In this document: positions 40,608 to 51,803 of the stretch, in pieces
Position numbering within the stretch: the stretch's first letter is position 1
How the letters are laid out: each line of letters begins with the position of its first letter
Virus record (IMG/VR): IMGVR_UViG_3300010340_001122
Direction: 5' to 3' (one strand)
Source of the DNA: a virus
Lineage: Duplodnaviria; Caudoviricetes
DNA: 64,000 bases
Program-made: the position numbers and the translations under genes
The notes under the pieces: model-generated
The model's database searches: none
The model's input: the letters and a program-made list of their open reading frames with translations, nothing else
What the model was told of the DNA's origin: nothing

Positions 40608-41945
40608 TTATATATAAAAATAATCTGGATAATTATCTGACTTTAATCTATATCTCATTATTTGTCTATCTATACCAGAACCTTCAACCGCCTTTGAAAT
40701 CGATTCATATTCCTTACCTAAAATTGACACACTTTTTGTTTTTGGTAATCCAGTTTCTTTTAATTCAACTTCTTTATTTAAATAAAACCACTCCGGGTAG
40801 GATTTTGAGTTTAATCTCCAATTAATATAATCATTTGATTTATTTAAATATTTTGCAGCTTCCGTAATAGATTCATATATAATACCACCTATTGATATTC
40901 TTTCTTTTTTTGATAAATATGGATCAATATTTTCATATTTTTTACACTTTTTATTTAATTCTTCATCTTGAAAAAGATAATTTTTGAAATGTGATGATTT
41001 TAGTCTTGAACGAATTAAAGACCTATCAATATTTAGTTTTTTTACTGCATCAGATATTGATTCATATTTAATATCGTCAATTATTATTTTTAATTTTGTT
41101 GCTTGTTCGAATTTTTTTCTATTCTTTTTTAGACTAATTTTAATCTCTAATTTTAACTTATCACCAATATGTTCATAATATTCTTTTCTATTTTTGAAAT
41201 ATTTATTTGGTATAAATTTTAAGTAAGAAGTCAGTCCTTCTATATTTTTATTTTCTATGTGGGTTTCTATCTTATTAAATTCTTCATCTTCTCTAATTTT
41301 TAACTTTCCAAAAATGAACCTCAATTCGTGACCAAAAAAATCATAAAATCCATTTGCATTTTTTAGAAAATTATGTGAAGATCTCTTTTTAATTATTTTT
41401 AACTCGTCTATGAATTCATATATTTTACCGATATCAATTTGGTCCTTTATAAATTGGCATCTTTTTTTAAGATTTTCATTATAATCTTTCCATTTTTGTT
41501 CATTTTTAATTATTGCTTTTGATGATAAGATACTTTTATGTATATGTGGTTTTAATTTATTTTTATAATCCTTTGCTTTTTCCTCACCGAAAGCTTCCTC
41601 ATATGTCTTTCCTTTTTTTGGATTATTTTTTGATATTTTTTCTTTTATTATTTCTAAATCTGGATGATTGGATAGTGTATCACCGCCATCCCCACCCGGC
41701 GATATATTATATCCAATTTTTTTATCTATCGAATTATAGAATGATATCCAATAAATCTCTTTTTTGGATAACTCATTATAGTCATCAGTTGTGTCTATAA
41801 TTTCTTTAATGAAGTTTTCACTACCATATTTTTTTAAGGCTCGCTTAATTAGTAATCCTGATCCAAAATATTTAGGATCAGATGTTGTGTCTTTTCCTAT
41901 ATAAATTTTATTGTTTATTAGGTTGGTAACTTTATAAATTTGCAT
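40608..41945 (-). CDS. GIY-YIG (Seg-like) homing endonuclease with three C-terminal NUMOD1-like repeats
   Basis: QIYKVTNLINNKIYIGK..YFGSG..GYNISPGGDGG; three I.I....YESI..A......R.RL.S..YP repeats. Confidence 0.88.
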   Translation of the reverse strand: MQIYKVTNLINNKIYIGKDTTSDPKYFGSGLLIKRALKKYGSENFIKEIIDTTDDYNELSKKEIYWISFYNSIDKKIGYNISPGGDGGDTLSNHPDLEIIKEKISKNNPKKGKTYEEAFGEEKAKDYKNKLKPHIHKSILSSKAIIKNEQKWKDYNENLKKRCQFIKDQIDIGKIYEFIDELKIIKKRSSHNFLKNANGFYDFFGHELRFIFGKLKIREDEEFNKIETHIENKNIEGLTSYLKFIPNKYFKNRKEYYEHIGDKLKLEIKISLKKNRKKFEQATKLKIIIDDIKYESISDAVKKLNIDRSLIRSRLKSSHFKNYLFQDEELNKKCKKYENIDPYLSKKERISIGGIIYESITEAAKYLNKSNDYINWRLNSKSYPEWFYLNKEVELKETGLPKTKSVSILGKEYESISKAVEGSGIDRQIMRYRLKSDNYPDYFYI

Positions 41946-41997
41946 AATGATAATTTTTATTTACCATTATATATTAAATATTTTACCTTCCTTTAGA

Positions 41998-42578
41998 TTA
42001 CCAAAAACCTGGATAGGTGCGTCCGCCCCAAAGATGTCCGTACCGATTTGCACGACACGACCAAATCCAGGAGTTGTTTTATCTTTTTTCAAATGACATT
42101 GATGACGAGATGCAAATGATTTTCTAGCTTTTGGATCAGATACTTTAGCGCTTAATCCACCAGAAACATCTCCAAAATTGACTACTTTGACATTTCCAGT
42201 TTTTGGATTCTTTACAAATACTTTATATTTCTTAGGACCTGAACTCCTTGTTGGATGATTTAATTCAACTTCTCTTCCTTTATATTCGGCTTCATTGAGT
42301 TCATACATAATTTCCAATGGTAGATCTAGTGGGACCAATTCACCTTCAAACATTTCAAATTTACCTATATCTGAAGTTTCAAAGAGTTCTTTATCATGTC
42401 CTGATAGTTCAACCAATCCTTTATCATATAGTTTTCTAGATTCTTTTAAAAGATTAAAATATGATTCTGATCCATACCTGAATATATTTTCAGTTATGGA
42501 CATATCATTATTTATATGATATTGAAGATGTTCAGAAATAACCTCTTCTTCTACATTGAATCTTTTAATATATTTCAT
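41998..42578 (-). CDS. conserved phage protein with N-terminal tag; frame broken near 42064
   Basis: MKYIKRFN...LNE-AEYKG...KARKSFASRHQC..KDKTTPG continues in the -1 frame as WSCRANRYGHLWGGRTYPGFW with TAA at 41998-42000. Confidence 0.7.
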
Positions 42579-42662
42579 AATATTTTAAATTTTTATTATA
42601 TATTAATTCTTCATCAAGAATTAAAGTTTTTATATATATTCAAAATAGTATTTGATTAGTAG

Positions 42663-45600
42663 ATGCAGAACTTATTATTCTTCGATAAAGAAGGAAATCC
42701 TTTAAATTTTTATTATAATGAAACATCCGAAAGATATGAGGGTGATATTTTATTTCCAGAAAATTCGAGTGATACATTTAAAACACAGGCTTTATATTTA
42801 TTTGAGAAAATACCTACATTTGAATATGAAGATCAATCTAATTTAAGTCTGAGAAGATTTCAACTATTTAATGAATATGGTTTTCATTTTTATCAGGGTG
42901 TCGCTACTCAATCAATAACTAAAATAGAACCCGTAAATCAAGAACAAGATTATTTTTCAAAATGGATTTATGGTAAAAACATAGAGGCTAAATATAAATT
43001 AGGAACATTTATTAGATTTAATAGTCCGGTATTTGAATTTACAGATATTAATAGAATCTATTCAGTTGTTAGTTCTAAAAAGGGTGCTATATTAATAGTT
43101 TCTTCAATGAACAATGCCTTATTTGAGAGCACATACAATGGATATTATGGACTTACATCGAGTTATGAGAATATCACTATAACTGGAGTTGATATTATAG
43201 GTATTTATAACTATATAACTCCACAACTTAAAGACACATTATCATTATGGAATGAACCAACTTTTTATGATAGATTATATCAATATAGAAAGCTCAATTT
43301 AGTAAATACTCAAAAGAATGATAATTATCAAAAAAGTGGTAGATATGATGATGCTGAAGTTGTAACAATTAAAAATCCTAATATAGTAGATATAGTGCAT
43401 TTTGAGTATGATTTAGCATCTATACCTATCGATTCGACTTTAATAATTGAAGTTATAACTAGAACAGATTTACCAAGAGTATATAGGGGACCAATAATTT
43501 TTGATTCAACTTCTAAAATACTAGAATTTTCAGATCCAATACCCGATATATTAAAACCTGGTATAGAATTTAAAGTTCCAAATTCAACTTTAAATTCAGA
43601 TTTTTTTAAAGTTAGTGGTATTAAAACATTTGCTGGTAATGTTAATCTAACTTACTATGCTACCGGTAGTCAAGTTATTTGGGATAACCAAATATATCAG
43701 TGTATTCAGTCTTATACTTGGTCAGGTGCATCCGAAAGCTCAGCTGTCTCACCTACGGGAGATACATCATCCACATTATACTGGTCGGTACCAACATATT
43801 TACCTATTGAGCCTTCTTCTTCATCCGGAACAATAATAAGTGAATCGCTAGTTGCGGGTGAGATTTATTTAACAAGTGATCATATTTATTTTACACAATC
43901 ATATACACAATCATCTGAGATAACTTTAGCATTTGCAGCTGAAAGATTTAAATCAGAACTTAAATTATTTAATATTGATTTATATTATGCTGATTATAAA
44001 TTAAAATCTGATTTAATTTATCCAACTAACTATGCTAGAGTTAATTATTACTATAATGAAGTAGGACCATCATATAGTATTGGTGGTGTTAAATATGTAT
44101 ATGAGAAATGTATAGAAACTTATGAGAGATTGGTTAAAGAATTTAATTATGATTATTCAAGTAATTTTGAATATAACATAGTTTTTACTGATATTGATGA
44201 GTTTGGTATTATTATTAAAATTAATAAAATGGTTTATGGCGAGAGAGTTGCTTGGATATACTCTTCTGGCGTAGTGGATATGCAAAGAACTATAGATAGA
44301 ACCTTGAGGAATTGGCTTACTAGACACTTTTTAACTTTAAATACTCTTGGTATAATGCCTACGTTATTAACAGTTGGATATTCATCAGTATATTATAATT
44401 CTATAAGCTTAAGTACAGATTTTCCTAATGTTCCTATTGAATTTAGTGTTCAAGTCGGAACAACTGCTGATTTTTATATTGAACATACTGTTGTATCATT
44501 TTATGATATGGGTAAATTTTTATCAATTAGTGTTAATGGTAGAGTTTATGAGGAGTTATTTGATACTGATATACAAACAACACTCGCAAATTGGACCGAA
44601 AGTTGGGCTGAAACTATAAACGATTTTGGTATTTATGTTACTAATTCAGCTAGTGCTCTTAAATTTAATGTTAAGAAACAAATGCAAAGAGTTAATTTAC
44701 AAATTAATGTCGGAAAATCGTCCCTTCCAGGAATTGAAACTTATAGAATTATAAAGAAATATAGTGGTAACCATGGGGCTTTAATAACTTCTAATGAAAT
44801 AATATTAGGAACTGCTAGTGGTCAGTCACTAGAAGAAGTTGGATTTGCTACCGGACAAATAATTGGTATTAATAAGACATATTATACATTGCAAAATATT
44901 GAATATAATTCTCTTTATTTAAATCCAGATATTATTAATTTAAGTTATGAAGGTCCTTTTTGGGGATTAACAGATTCTTTGTGTAATAGCTCAGCATTTA
45001 CAACCGTTGCTTTTACAATAGGTTTTGGACAAACTGGTTGTCCGCCAGCATGGGTTCCCAACCTTTTGCAAGGTATGTATGATAAAGAACAATTTGATCC
45101 AGCTTTTAGTATAGAGTATATTTGGTCAAATACTTACATACCTTATCAATATGATGGAATTAGTGGGATGGTGGATATAATTTATATACAACCTACAAAT
45201 TATATTTATGTTTTAGGTGATAAAATAAGAGTTTATGATTCTATTTATGGATTAAATATTTCAGATATCAATATACCTGGTCTGACAAATAGTATAGGAC
45301 TTTGTTTCAATAATATAACAAATTATGTATATGCTCTTTCTAGAAATACACTTTATAAAATTGACCCTTATATAAATTTATTAATAGCATCATATTCATT
45401 TGTATCAAATGCTTATGATATAAAATTAAATAATAATAATGGAGATATTTATGTTTCTTTTGAAAATGCAACATTTGTTAATATTTATGATACAAGTGAT
45501 TCAATTACAACAGTAAGTACATCTACTTATTTCAGTTATAATATGGCGTTTAATGATTTTGAGGGAGATATGTATGTTGGTACTAATGGTGGGGTTTATA

Positions 45601-48600
45601 GAATTGATGGAACTTCAAGAAGTGTTAATACAAACTACGCTATATTATCATTTAGTCACTCTTTAGCATACGATCCAGAAAATGAGTCTATTTATGTTTT
45701 TGAGAATGGATCAAATTTGAAAAAAATTGATAATAATTCAATAATTGATATTCCTTCAGTTTCTACTGGTAATTTTGATTCATTATTATTTAATAATTTT
45801 AATAGTTCAATGAATTCCTCAACAGATTTAATATTTTCATCTTTATTTGTTGATGATGATAGTTTATATTATACATCATCTACTTCTGACTATGGTAATA
45901 TTACTTTAAATCAATTTGATGGTGATATGTATATTGGTGCAAATTCACAAATATTGACAATTGATACCACAACTGGACAACAAAAGCATTCTGAACCATT
46001 TTCCGGAGGCCGATTGACAAAATTAGTTTATAATCCAGATCGAAAGAGTATTTGGGCTATACAACCTGATACTGAACAAGTTGTTGAGGTTCAAGTTTAT
46101 CTAAGTAGCTCTTTTCAAGTTGAAACACTTGCCGTAACATCTTCAACTGATAATTTTTACGGAACTTTGAATCCATCGTATAATAATCGAGATTATCTTT
46201 GGTTGAATGTTAGAGAATATATAAGAAGACCTCGTGAGAATTTCAATGGTGGTCCAACAGTTAGCTTATATTGGAAATGGTTTTCTGATAATGTTCCACA
46301 ATTTTTTATGTATGATTTTAGTGGAGATCAATTAAAAACAAGCGGTGTTTTATCATATACTGGTCCAAAGCCTTTAGATACGGTTGTTCTTAATAGAAAA
46401 TCAAATAGAGATATTACTAAGGTTTCATATCCAGAATATCAACAGACTATTTTTGACTATATTGAGAACGATTTGGAGTTTATTGATGATAATACTGATG
46501 TTAGTGTTGTTCCTGAACCTATTCAATTATTTTTAGGATATAATTCATCTGATGAAGGTGCTCTTAGAAGTATTCTTCAACTTTATAAAAAAGAAGAAGT
46601 TGATTTTACAATTACAACCACCTCTATTAATAATGATATTATAACATTTGAAAATATAGTGGATGATTTTACAGGTGATAGATATGGTAAAATATCATTA
46701 AATAATGATTCAACCAGTTTGTTTACTTCTGATATTGAAGGTAATTTTAGAGGTTTGAAAGTTGGTCAACATCTTGCTATTTTTGTTAAGGATGTGACAA
46801 ATAATAAAAAGCAATATATTTCAAATAATAATGGTTATTTATTAAAAATAAGAAATGTTTTTAGCAGGGAAATCCTAGTGGATTATTTCAAAGAAGTTGA
46901 TTCTTTAGAATTTGAAACAACTATAATTAATGATTTTCCAAAGGTTAATCTTGATACATATTTATCATGTAGATTTAAAATATGGAATAGGGAATTAGGT
47001 AGATTTAATATTTTTGGCCAAACAGAAATAGAAGATGTTAGATATCATACTGAGTTAAATAACGTAGGTAAATTAATTTCATCTGATGATGTTTATATTT
47101 TTAAAGAATATGATATAAAAGAAGAAGGAATTGATTGGAATTATCTAAATTCTAAAAGAAAAGAAATGTTAATGATGAGAAATCTAATATATCCTTATAT
47201 TGGTAGTTATAAATCAATAATTAATGCTATAAACTATTTTGGATATAATGATTTAGAATTAAATGAATATTATAGAAATGTTGAAATAGAATCTGAAAAT
47301 TATTATAAATTATTTAAAGTAGAAATACCAGATATATTTGACAATACGACTGAAGGATGGAAGGATAATGATTTTATTAAACATACTTTTCCTAATCCTA
47401 AATTTGAGGATACAAATTTATTTAATTTAACATTTAGAATTACTGATAAAGAAGGTAATAATATTTTATATTATACTTTAGAAGAGGTTCAGAAGAAATT
47501 ACAGGGACTTAAATATTGGTTGCAGAAAAATATAATACCAATTACCCATAAAATTCTTGATATAACTGGTAGAGCTGATTTTGTCGGTGGGACTACAATA
47601 GTCCATCAATCATTTGATGCTCAAATATTTAATGTTAGACAAGATTTTACACCTATTATTTTCGATTTAAATGAGGCTTATTTGCTTCCAGTTAATAGTG
47701 GATCTAGTGTTTATAATTGTGTTTTAGATTTCTATATAAGTGGATCACCAACATCGAGTTTATTACCAGATTATTATACAATTGATATAAGAACGTATGA
47801 AATTTATAGAGAATGGTATGCATTTAGAAATTATCAAGTGGGTGAGAGAGTTGTTTATTACGATAAATTATATGAATCGGTTATTATTAATAATAAAACT
47901 AATAATCCAAGAAAATTTGAAAATGCTAAAACATGGATTTATGGATCAATTTATAGAATTGGTGATATTATTAAATATAATAAGTTAATATATGTTTGGA
48001 CTGAACAAGGTGGTGCGACTGCATCAATTGTATCTCCAATTTTAGATGAGGGAGTTGGTTATAATTGGTTGGATGTAACAGAATGGAAAGAAATTGATTT
48101 AACTCCTGTTGATAAGATATCTGAATATAGACATATAGATAATTTGAATCCATTTAACTTCACTATAGACTCTAATATAACACCATATTTGGTTATTGAG
48201 GTTACTTCTGACAATGGATATGGTATGATTTATAGAGATAGAAAGAACTTTGAAATAAAAGGCATATTGGATATTCAAGAAATTGAATCATTTAGTAATT
48301 TAACAACAAAACAATATCGAGATGCTACTCTTCCTATTGTTTATGCTGATGTTTCTAAAGTTATTGAATTAACAATGATATCATATCCATTTACAAGTGG
48401 TTTCTTTGACCTATATGGTAATTATACAGATAGACCTTATTTAGACAATTCTAATAATATAATTTATCCACATATTCAACATGGATATCCATATGTTATT
48501 GGAAACAGTTCTAGTTCAACTGCTAATAGCTTTAGAATTGAATTAGGTGATGACTTCTCTTATATTCAAAATCCTTATGTTATATCTAGTATAGGATCTG

Positions 48601-49292
48601 CATATGTTATTGGAAATGAATTAAATTGGTCGGGTAATTTGCCAGCAAATGGAACAGTTTCTGTTGAAATTCGTGGAGATGTTGCGATCGGTGGTAAATC
48701 ATATTGGAGAGATAGTGTTAATACTGCAAATAACCAAGGTTTAGTTAGTAACAATTATAATATTTCAGCTAAATTATCTTCTGGATTAAATTATGGATTA
48801 ACGTTCTCAACTTCTGGAACTTTGAATACACAGTATTATACTATCTATAGTAGAACAAGTAATAATTTCTTACAATTTGCATCTTATACTCAATCATTTT
48901 CAAATTGGGGTATTTATGGATCTACCCCGCAGGAATTCAAATGGTCAACATTTTCACAACATGGTTTCAATATAATTGAAAGTTCTGATGACTATACTTT
49001 TGATAATAATTTCCAAACAGTTGTTGATGGATTTAATTCAGCAATTGGGTCTTTTGGGTATGTATATTATCAAAATAGAACTACTTTAACAAATTGGGGA
49101 CCACATATTATGGTTGCTACATATTATAATGATTTAACAACTTCATCGGATCAATCTTATGTTCTTAGATATAGAGTTAGTGATGGTTTATTAGTTGAAA
49201 CAGATACATTCTCAATAGATTCATCTGGGTTAACACTTGGAACTAATTCAACCTCTGGTGGTATAACTATAACACAGTCTTACTATCCATAA
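42663..49292 (+). CDS. very large virion structural protein, probably baseplate wedge with beta-propeller region
   Basis: 2209 aa; YncE/NHL-like repeats (FNNITNYVYAL, YDPENESIYV, YNPDRKSIWAI); IYPYIGSYKSIINAINYFGY; converges on the gp25-like gene. Confidence 0.65.
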   Translation: MQNLLFFDKEGNPLNFYYNETSERYEGDILFPENSSDTFKTQALYLFEKIPTFEYEDQSNLSLRRFQLFNEYGFHFYQGVATQSITKIEPVNQEQDYFSKWIYGKNIEAKYKLGTFIRFNSPVFEFTDINRIYSVVSSKKGAILIVSSMNNALFESTYNGYYGLTSSYENITITGVDIIGIYNYITPQLKDTLSLWNEPTFYDRLYQYRKLNLVNTQKNDNYQKSGRYDDAEVVTIKNPNIVDIVHFEYDLASIPIDSTLIIEVITRTDLPRVYRGPIIFDSTSKILEFSDPIPDILKPGIEFKVPNSTLNSDFFKVSGIKTFAGNVNLTYYATGSQVIWDNQIYQCIQSYTWSGASESSAVSPTGDTSSTLYWSVPTYLPIEPSSSSGTIISESLVAGEIYLTSDHIYFTQSYTQSSEITLAFAAERFKSELKLFNIDLYYADYKLKSDLIYPTNYARVNYYYNEVGPSYSIGGVKYVYEKCIETYERLVKEFNYDYSSNFEYNIVFTDIDEFGIIIKINKMVYGERVAWIYSSGVVDMQRTIDRTLRNWLTRHFLTLNTLGIMPTLLTVGYSSVYYNSISLSTDFPNVPIEFSVQVGTTADFYIEHTVVSFYDMGKFLSISVNGRVYEELFDTDIQTTLANWTESWAETINDFGIYVTNSASALKFNVKKQMQRVNLQINVGKSSLPGIETYRIIKKYSGNHGALITSNEIILGTASGQSLEEVGFATGQIIGINKTYYTLQNIEYNSLYLNPDIINLSYEGPFWGLTDSLCNSSAFTTVAFTIGFGQTGCPPAWVPNLLQGMYDKEQFDPAFSIEYIWSNTYIPYQYDGISGMVDIIYIQPTNYIYVLGDKIRVYDSIYGLNISDINIPGLTNSIGLCFNNITNYVYALSRNTLYKIDPYINLLIASYSFVSNAYDIKLNNNNGDIYVSFENATFVNIYDTSDSITTVSTSTYFSYNMAFNDFEGDMYVGTNGGVYRIDGTSRSVNTNYAILSFSHSLAYDPENESIYVFENGSNLKKIDNNSIIDIPSVSTGNFDSLLFNNFNSSMNSSTDLIFSSLFVDDDSLYYTSSTSDYGNITLNQFDGDMYIGANSQILTIDTTTGQQKHSEPFSGGRLTKLVYNPDRKSIWAIQPDTEQVVEVQVYLSSSFQVETLAVTSSTDNFYGTLNPSYNNRDYLWLNVREYIRRPRENFNGGPTVSLYWKWFSDNVPQFFMYDFSGDQLKTSGVLSYTGPKPLDTVVLNRKSNRDITKVSYPEYQQTIFDYIENDLEFIDDNTDVSVVPEPIQLFLGYNSSDEGALRSILQLYKKEEVDFTITTTSINNDIITFENIVDDFTGDRYGKISLNNDSTSLFTSDIEGNFRGLKVGQHLAIFVKDVTNNKKQYISNNNGYLLKIRNVFSREILVDYFKEVDSLEFETTIINDFPKVNLDTYLSCRFKIWNRELGRFNIFGQTEIEDVRYHTELNNVGKLISSDDVYIFKEYDIKEEGIDWNYLNSKRKEMLMMRNLIYPYIGSYKSIINAINYFGYNDLELNEYYRNVEIESENYYKLFKVEIPDIFDNTTEGWKDNDFIKHTFPNPKFEDTNLFNLTFRITDKEGNNILYYTLEEVQKKLQGLKYWLQKNIIPITHKILDITGRADFVGGTTIVHQSFDAQIFNVRQDFTPIIFDLNEAYLLPVNSGSSVYNCVLDFYISGSPTSSLLPDYYTIDIRTYEIYREWYAFRNYQVGERVVYYDKLYESVIINNKTNNPRKFENAKTWIYGSIYRIGDIIKYNKLIYVWTEQGGATASIVSPILDEGVGYNWLDVTEWKEIDLTPVDKISEYRHIDNLNPFNFTIDSNITPYLVIEVTSDNGYGMIYRDRKNFEIKGILDIQEIESFSNLTTKQYRDATLPIVYADVSKVIELTMISYPFTSGFFDLYGNYTDRPYLDNSNNIIYPHIQHGYPYVIGNSSSSTANSFRIELGDDFSYIQNPYVISSIGSAYVIGNELNWSGNLPANGTVSVEIRGDVAIGGKSYWRDSVNTANNQGLVSNNYNISAKLSSGLNYGLTFSTSGTLNTQYYTIYSRTSNNFLQFASYTQSFSNWGIYGSTPQEFKWSTFSQHGFNIIESSDDYTFDNNFQTVVDGFNSAIGSFGYVYYQNRTTLTNWGPHIMVATYYNDLTTSSDQSYVLRYRVSDGLLVETDTFSIDSSGLTLGTNSTSGGITITQSYYP

Positions 49293-49294
49293 TA

Positions 49295-49672
49295 CTATGA
49301 TATAATAGCATAAACTTCATAATCTGCTAGTTGAAAATCTATTTGTAATACATCTTGATAATTCTCAGGATCTTGGAAAAAAGATGCTTGTAATTGAAAG
49401 TTAGTTGTTGATAATTCGGGTATATACTTTCTAATTTGTTGAAGTATAATTTTTTTAACTCCTTCTGATGATACTTTTGTTTGAAATAATAACTTAGGCA
49501 AATCGCATCCAAAATCTGGATCACCTAAAAGTTCTCCTTTATTTGTGAATAAAAGCATTTCGTATTTTTGAATAATTACTCTTATTACATCATCCTCAAC
49601 AATTTTATTGATAATAAATCTAGGATGTCCTTTATAACCAATATAATGATCTTTGAAATCAAACTCTGCCAT
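49295..49672 (-). CDS. gp25: baseplate wedge protein, gp25-like
   Basis: LLFTNKGELLGDPDFGCDL..LLF, I.KYIPE. Confidence 0.8.
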   Translation of the reverse strand: MAEFDFKDHYIGYKGHPRFIINKIVEDDVIRVIIQKYEMLLFTNKGELLGDPDFGCDLPKLLFQTKVSSEGVKKIILQQIRKYIPELSTTNFQLQASFFQDPENYQDVLQIDFQLADYEVYAIIS

Positions 49673-49691
49673 ATTGGTATATATTTAAAAA

Positions 49692-50663
49692 TTACTTTTC
49701 AATTAGAATATCTCTAAACTTACCAATTATTGTCATTCCTAAAATAATTGGATCTGTATTTGTTTCGAGTTTGGATGAATATGCTGATAATATATAATTT
49801 AATTCAAATAATTTATCAATATTTTCTCTTTTCTCTTGAATTGACCAGTCTACAAAATTTTTACCTAATAATCTAATGATAATATCTATTTTATCAGGTC
49901 CAAAATTCGACATTAGAAAATGATATATTTTTTCATAGTCTTGGCTCTTATCATATAATATATTATATAAATCTAATTTTAATTTATTAGATACATTAGA
50001 TTGTATTGAATATAATTCACCAGTATCTTTAAAATTTTGTAATTCAACAAACATTCCTCTAAAGTCTGGAAATTTTTTATTGATAATATTTACTAAATCA
50101 TCTTTTGAAATATTTATTTCCTCTTTTGGTGATACAACATTTGTAATTTTTTTATAAAATTCTTGTTTTAGTAATTTTTCTTCTTGTGAATTTTGACAAT
50201 CAAAATCTATAGAAGTAAATCTTGACTTTATACCATCTGAAATTTTATTAATATGGTTTGTTGTTAGTATAAATCGAACATTTTTATGATATGTTTCAAT
50301 AAATGCTTTTAATGCATCTTGATATTGTGAAGAAACTCTTTCAAATTCATCTAAAAAAATATATTTTATAGGATCTTCTGTTTCTAGTATAGGTTGAGTT
50401 TTGCAAAATTTTTCAACTTCACTTCTTAGCACATCTATTGATGTATATAATGAACTATTTATTTCTAAAAAAGCTTTATCCTTTGAGTATCTACCAATTA
50501 ATATTCTCGCTAGTGATGTTTTGCCTGTCCCATAATGTCCATAGAAAATATAGTTTTTATTTATACCATTTTCAAAATATGATTTTATTCTTGGTAATAA
50601 TATTATATCATCTATATTTTTTGGTCTATATTTTTCCCAGAGTAGTGAATTTTTAATTGACAT
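49692..50663 (-). CDS. gp44: sliding clamp loader AAA+ subunit
   Basis: LWEKYRPK.IDDIIL, GHYGTGKTS, FLDEFE, IKSRF, FPDFR. Confidence 0.9.
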   Translation of the reverse strand: MSIKNSLLWEKYRPKNIDDIILLPRIKSYFENGINKNYIFYGHYGTGKTSLARILIGRYSKDKAFLEINSSLYTSIDVLRSEVEKFCKTQPILETEDPIKYIFLDEFERVSSQYQDALKAFIETYHKNVRFILTTNHINKISDGIKSRFTSIDFDCQNSQEEKLLKQEFYKKITNVVSPKEEINISKDDLVNIINKKFPDFRGMFVELQNFKDTGELYSIQSNVSNKLKLDLYNILYDKSQDYEKIYHFLMSNFGPDKIDIIIRLLGKNFVDWSIQEKRENIDKLFELNYILSAYSSKLETNTDPIILGMTIIGKFRDILIEK

Positions 50664-50693
50664 TGAAAACAAATTATTTTTATATATACTCTC

Positions 50694-51731
50694 ATGATAG
50701 GACAAAAGTTTAATTTTGATGAAGTTTTCTTTAGAGATTTAACAATATGTGTATTGGACACATTAGAGGGTAGATTAAATTGGATAAACCATTTTACAAG
50801 TGGTGATTTAAATGTACAAGTTCCTATTTATTATTCATTAACTGGTGATGAAAGATTTTTATTAGATTCATTTCAAGATGATATAGTTTCTGAAAATAGA
50901 CATGTTGAATTAAATACAGATCAGATACCTAGAGGACATTTAACCTTTAATAATTTTACTATAAGGAGTGATGAGTTTAGAAATCCTAATGTTTGGCTTA
51001 GATCTGTTGTTGAAGACAACATTGAAGTTAAAAAACTTCTTAGACAGGTTCGGGCAATTCCGATAACTGTCACATATGATTTAGTAATTTTATTAAAAAG
51101 TGAAATTGATGTTTTTAAATGTGCTCAAGAAATAATGAATACACTTTGGTTATATAGATTTATGTATTTTGAACATAATTATATGAATATTGATGCTGTT
51201 CTTACTATGCCTGATACTGATACTATCGAGATAATAAGAGAAAAAAATTTAAAAAGTGATAATACTGTTAAATTAACATTGTCACTTGAAGTTCAAACGT
51301 ATTATCCAGCATTTACTAGTAATAAAGATTGTAAAATTGAAACAATTGGAACATCAGTTTGTTCAGTCGGTCAAATTAATACAAATGTTGTTAAAGTTGG
51401 TCCTGTTTTTTCAAAAAGTTGTATAGGGTCAAATAAAAAAACATCATCAATATCTGAAATTGGAGTTGGGAACCAATTAATTGGTAATGGTATTCCGAAT
51501 GGGGTTTATGTTACTTCAATAAATGTCGTGGATTCAGAAGTAACAATTAGTAAAAATATTGAGTGTAACATTATTAATAATACCATTTCTTTTTTACAAA
51601 ATCCAGGTGATGTTGTTTATCCATATAGAACTAGATGGTTTAATAACTTACAACCAATTTCTATGAGAAATGCTTCAAGTAGTAATCCTAATTCTGGATC
51701 TTCAAATTTAGATGATAATTCAGTTTTATAA
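50694..51731 (+). CDS. gp15: tail sheath terminator/completion protein, gp15-like, with C-terminal extra domain
   Basis: VQVPIYYS..ERFL, IPRG, RAIPITVTYDL.I, EI..T, L.LEVQTYYP. Confidence 0.65.
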   Translation: MIGQKFNFDEVFFRDLTICVLDTLEGRLNWINHFTSGDLNVQVPIYYSLTGDERFLLDSFQDDIVSENRHVELNTDQIPRGHLTFNNFTIRSDEFRNPNVWLRSVVEDNIEVKKLLRQVRAIPITVTYDLVILLKSEIDVFKCAQEIMNTLWLYRFMYFEHNYMNIDAVLTMPDTDTIEIIREKNLKSDNTVKLTLSLEVQTYYPAFTSNKDCKIETIGTSVCSVGQINTNVVKVGPVFSKSCIGSNKKTSSISEIGVGNQLIGNGIPNGVYVTSINVVDSEVTISKNIECNIINNTISFLQNPGDVVYPYRTRWFNNLQPISMRNASSSNPNSGSSNLDDNSVL

Positions 51732-51803
51732 AAATTGAAAATGAAAAAAATAGACTTTTTAATTGTAATATATAGTTTATATAAAAAAATAAATACAAAA
51801 AGT

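Noticed and set aside
40608-42070. Group I intron carrying the GIY-YIG gene
   Set aside because: The upstream gene's C-terminus is complete before the endonuclease (in the -1 frame), no downstream exon is seen, and the gene has its own promoter-like element
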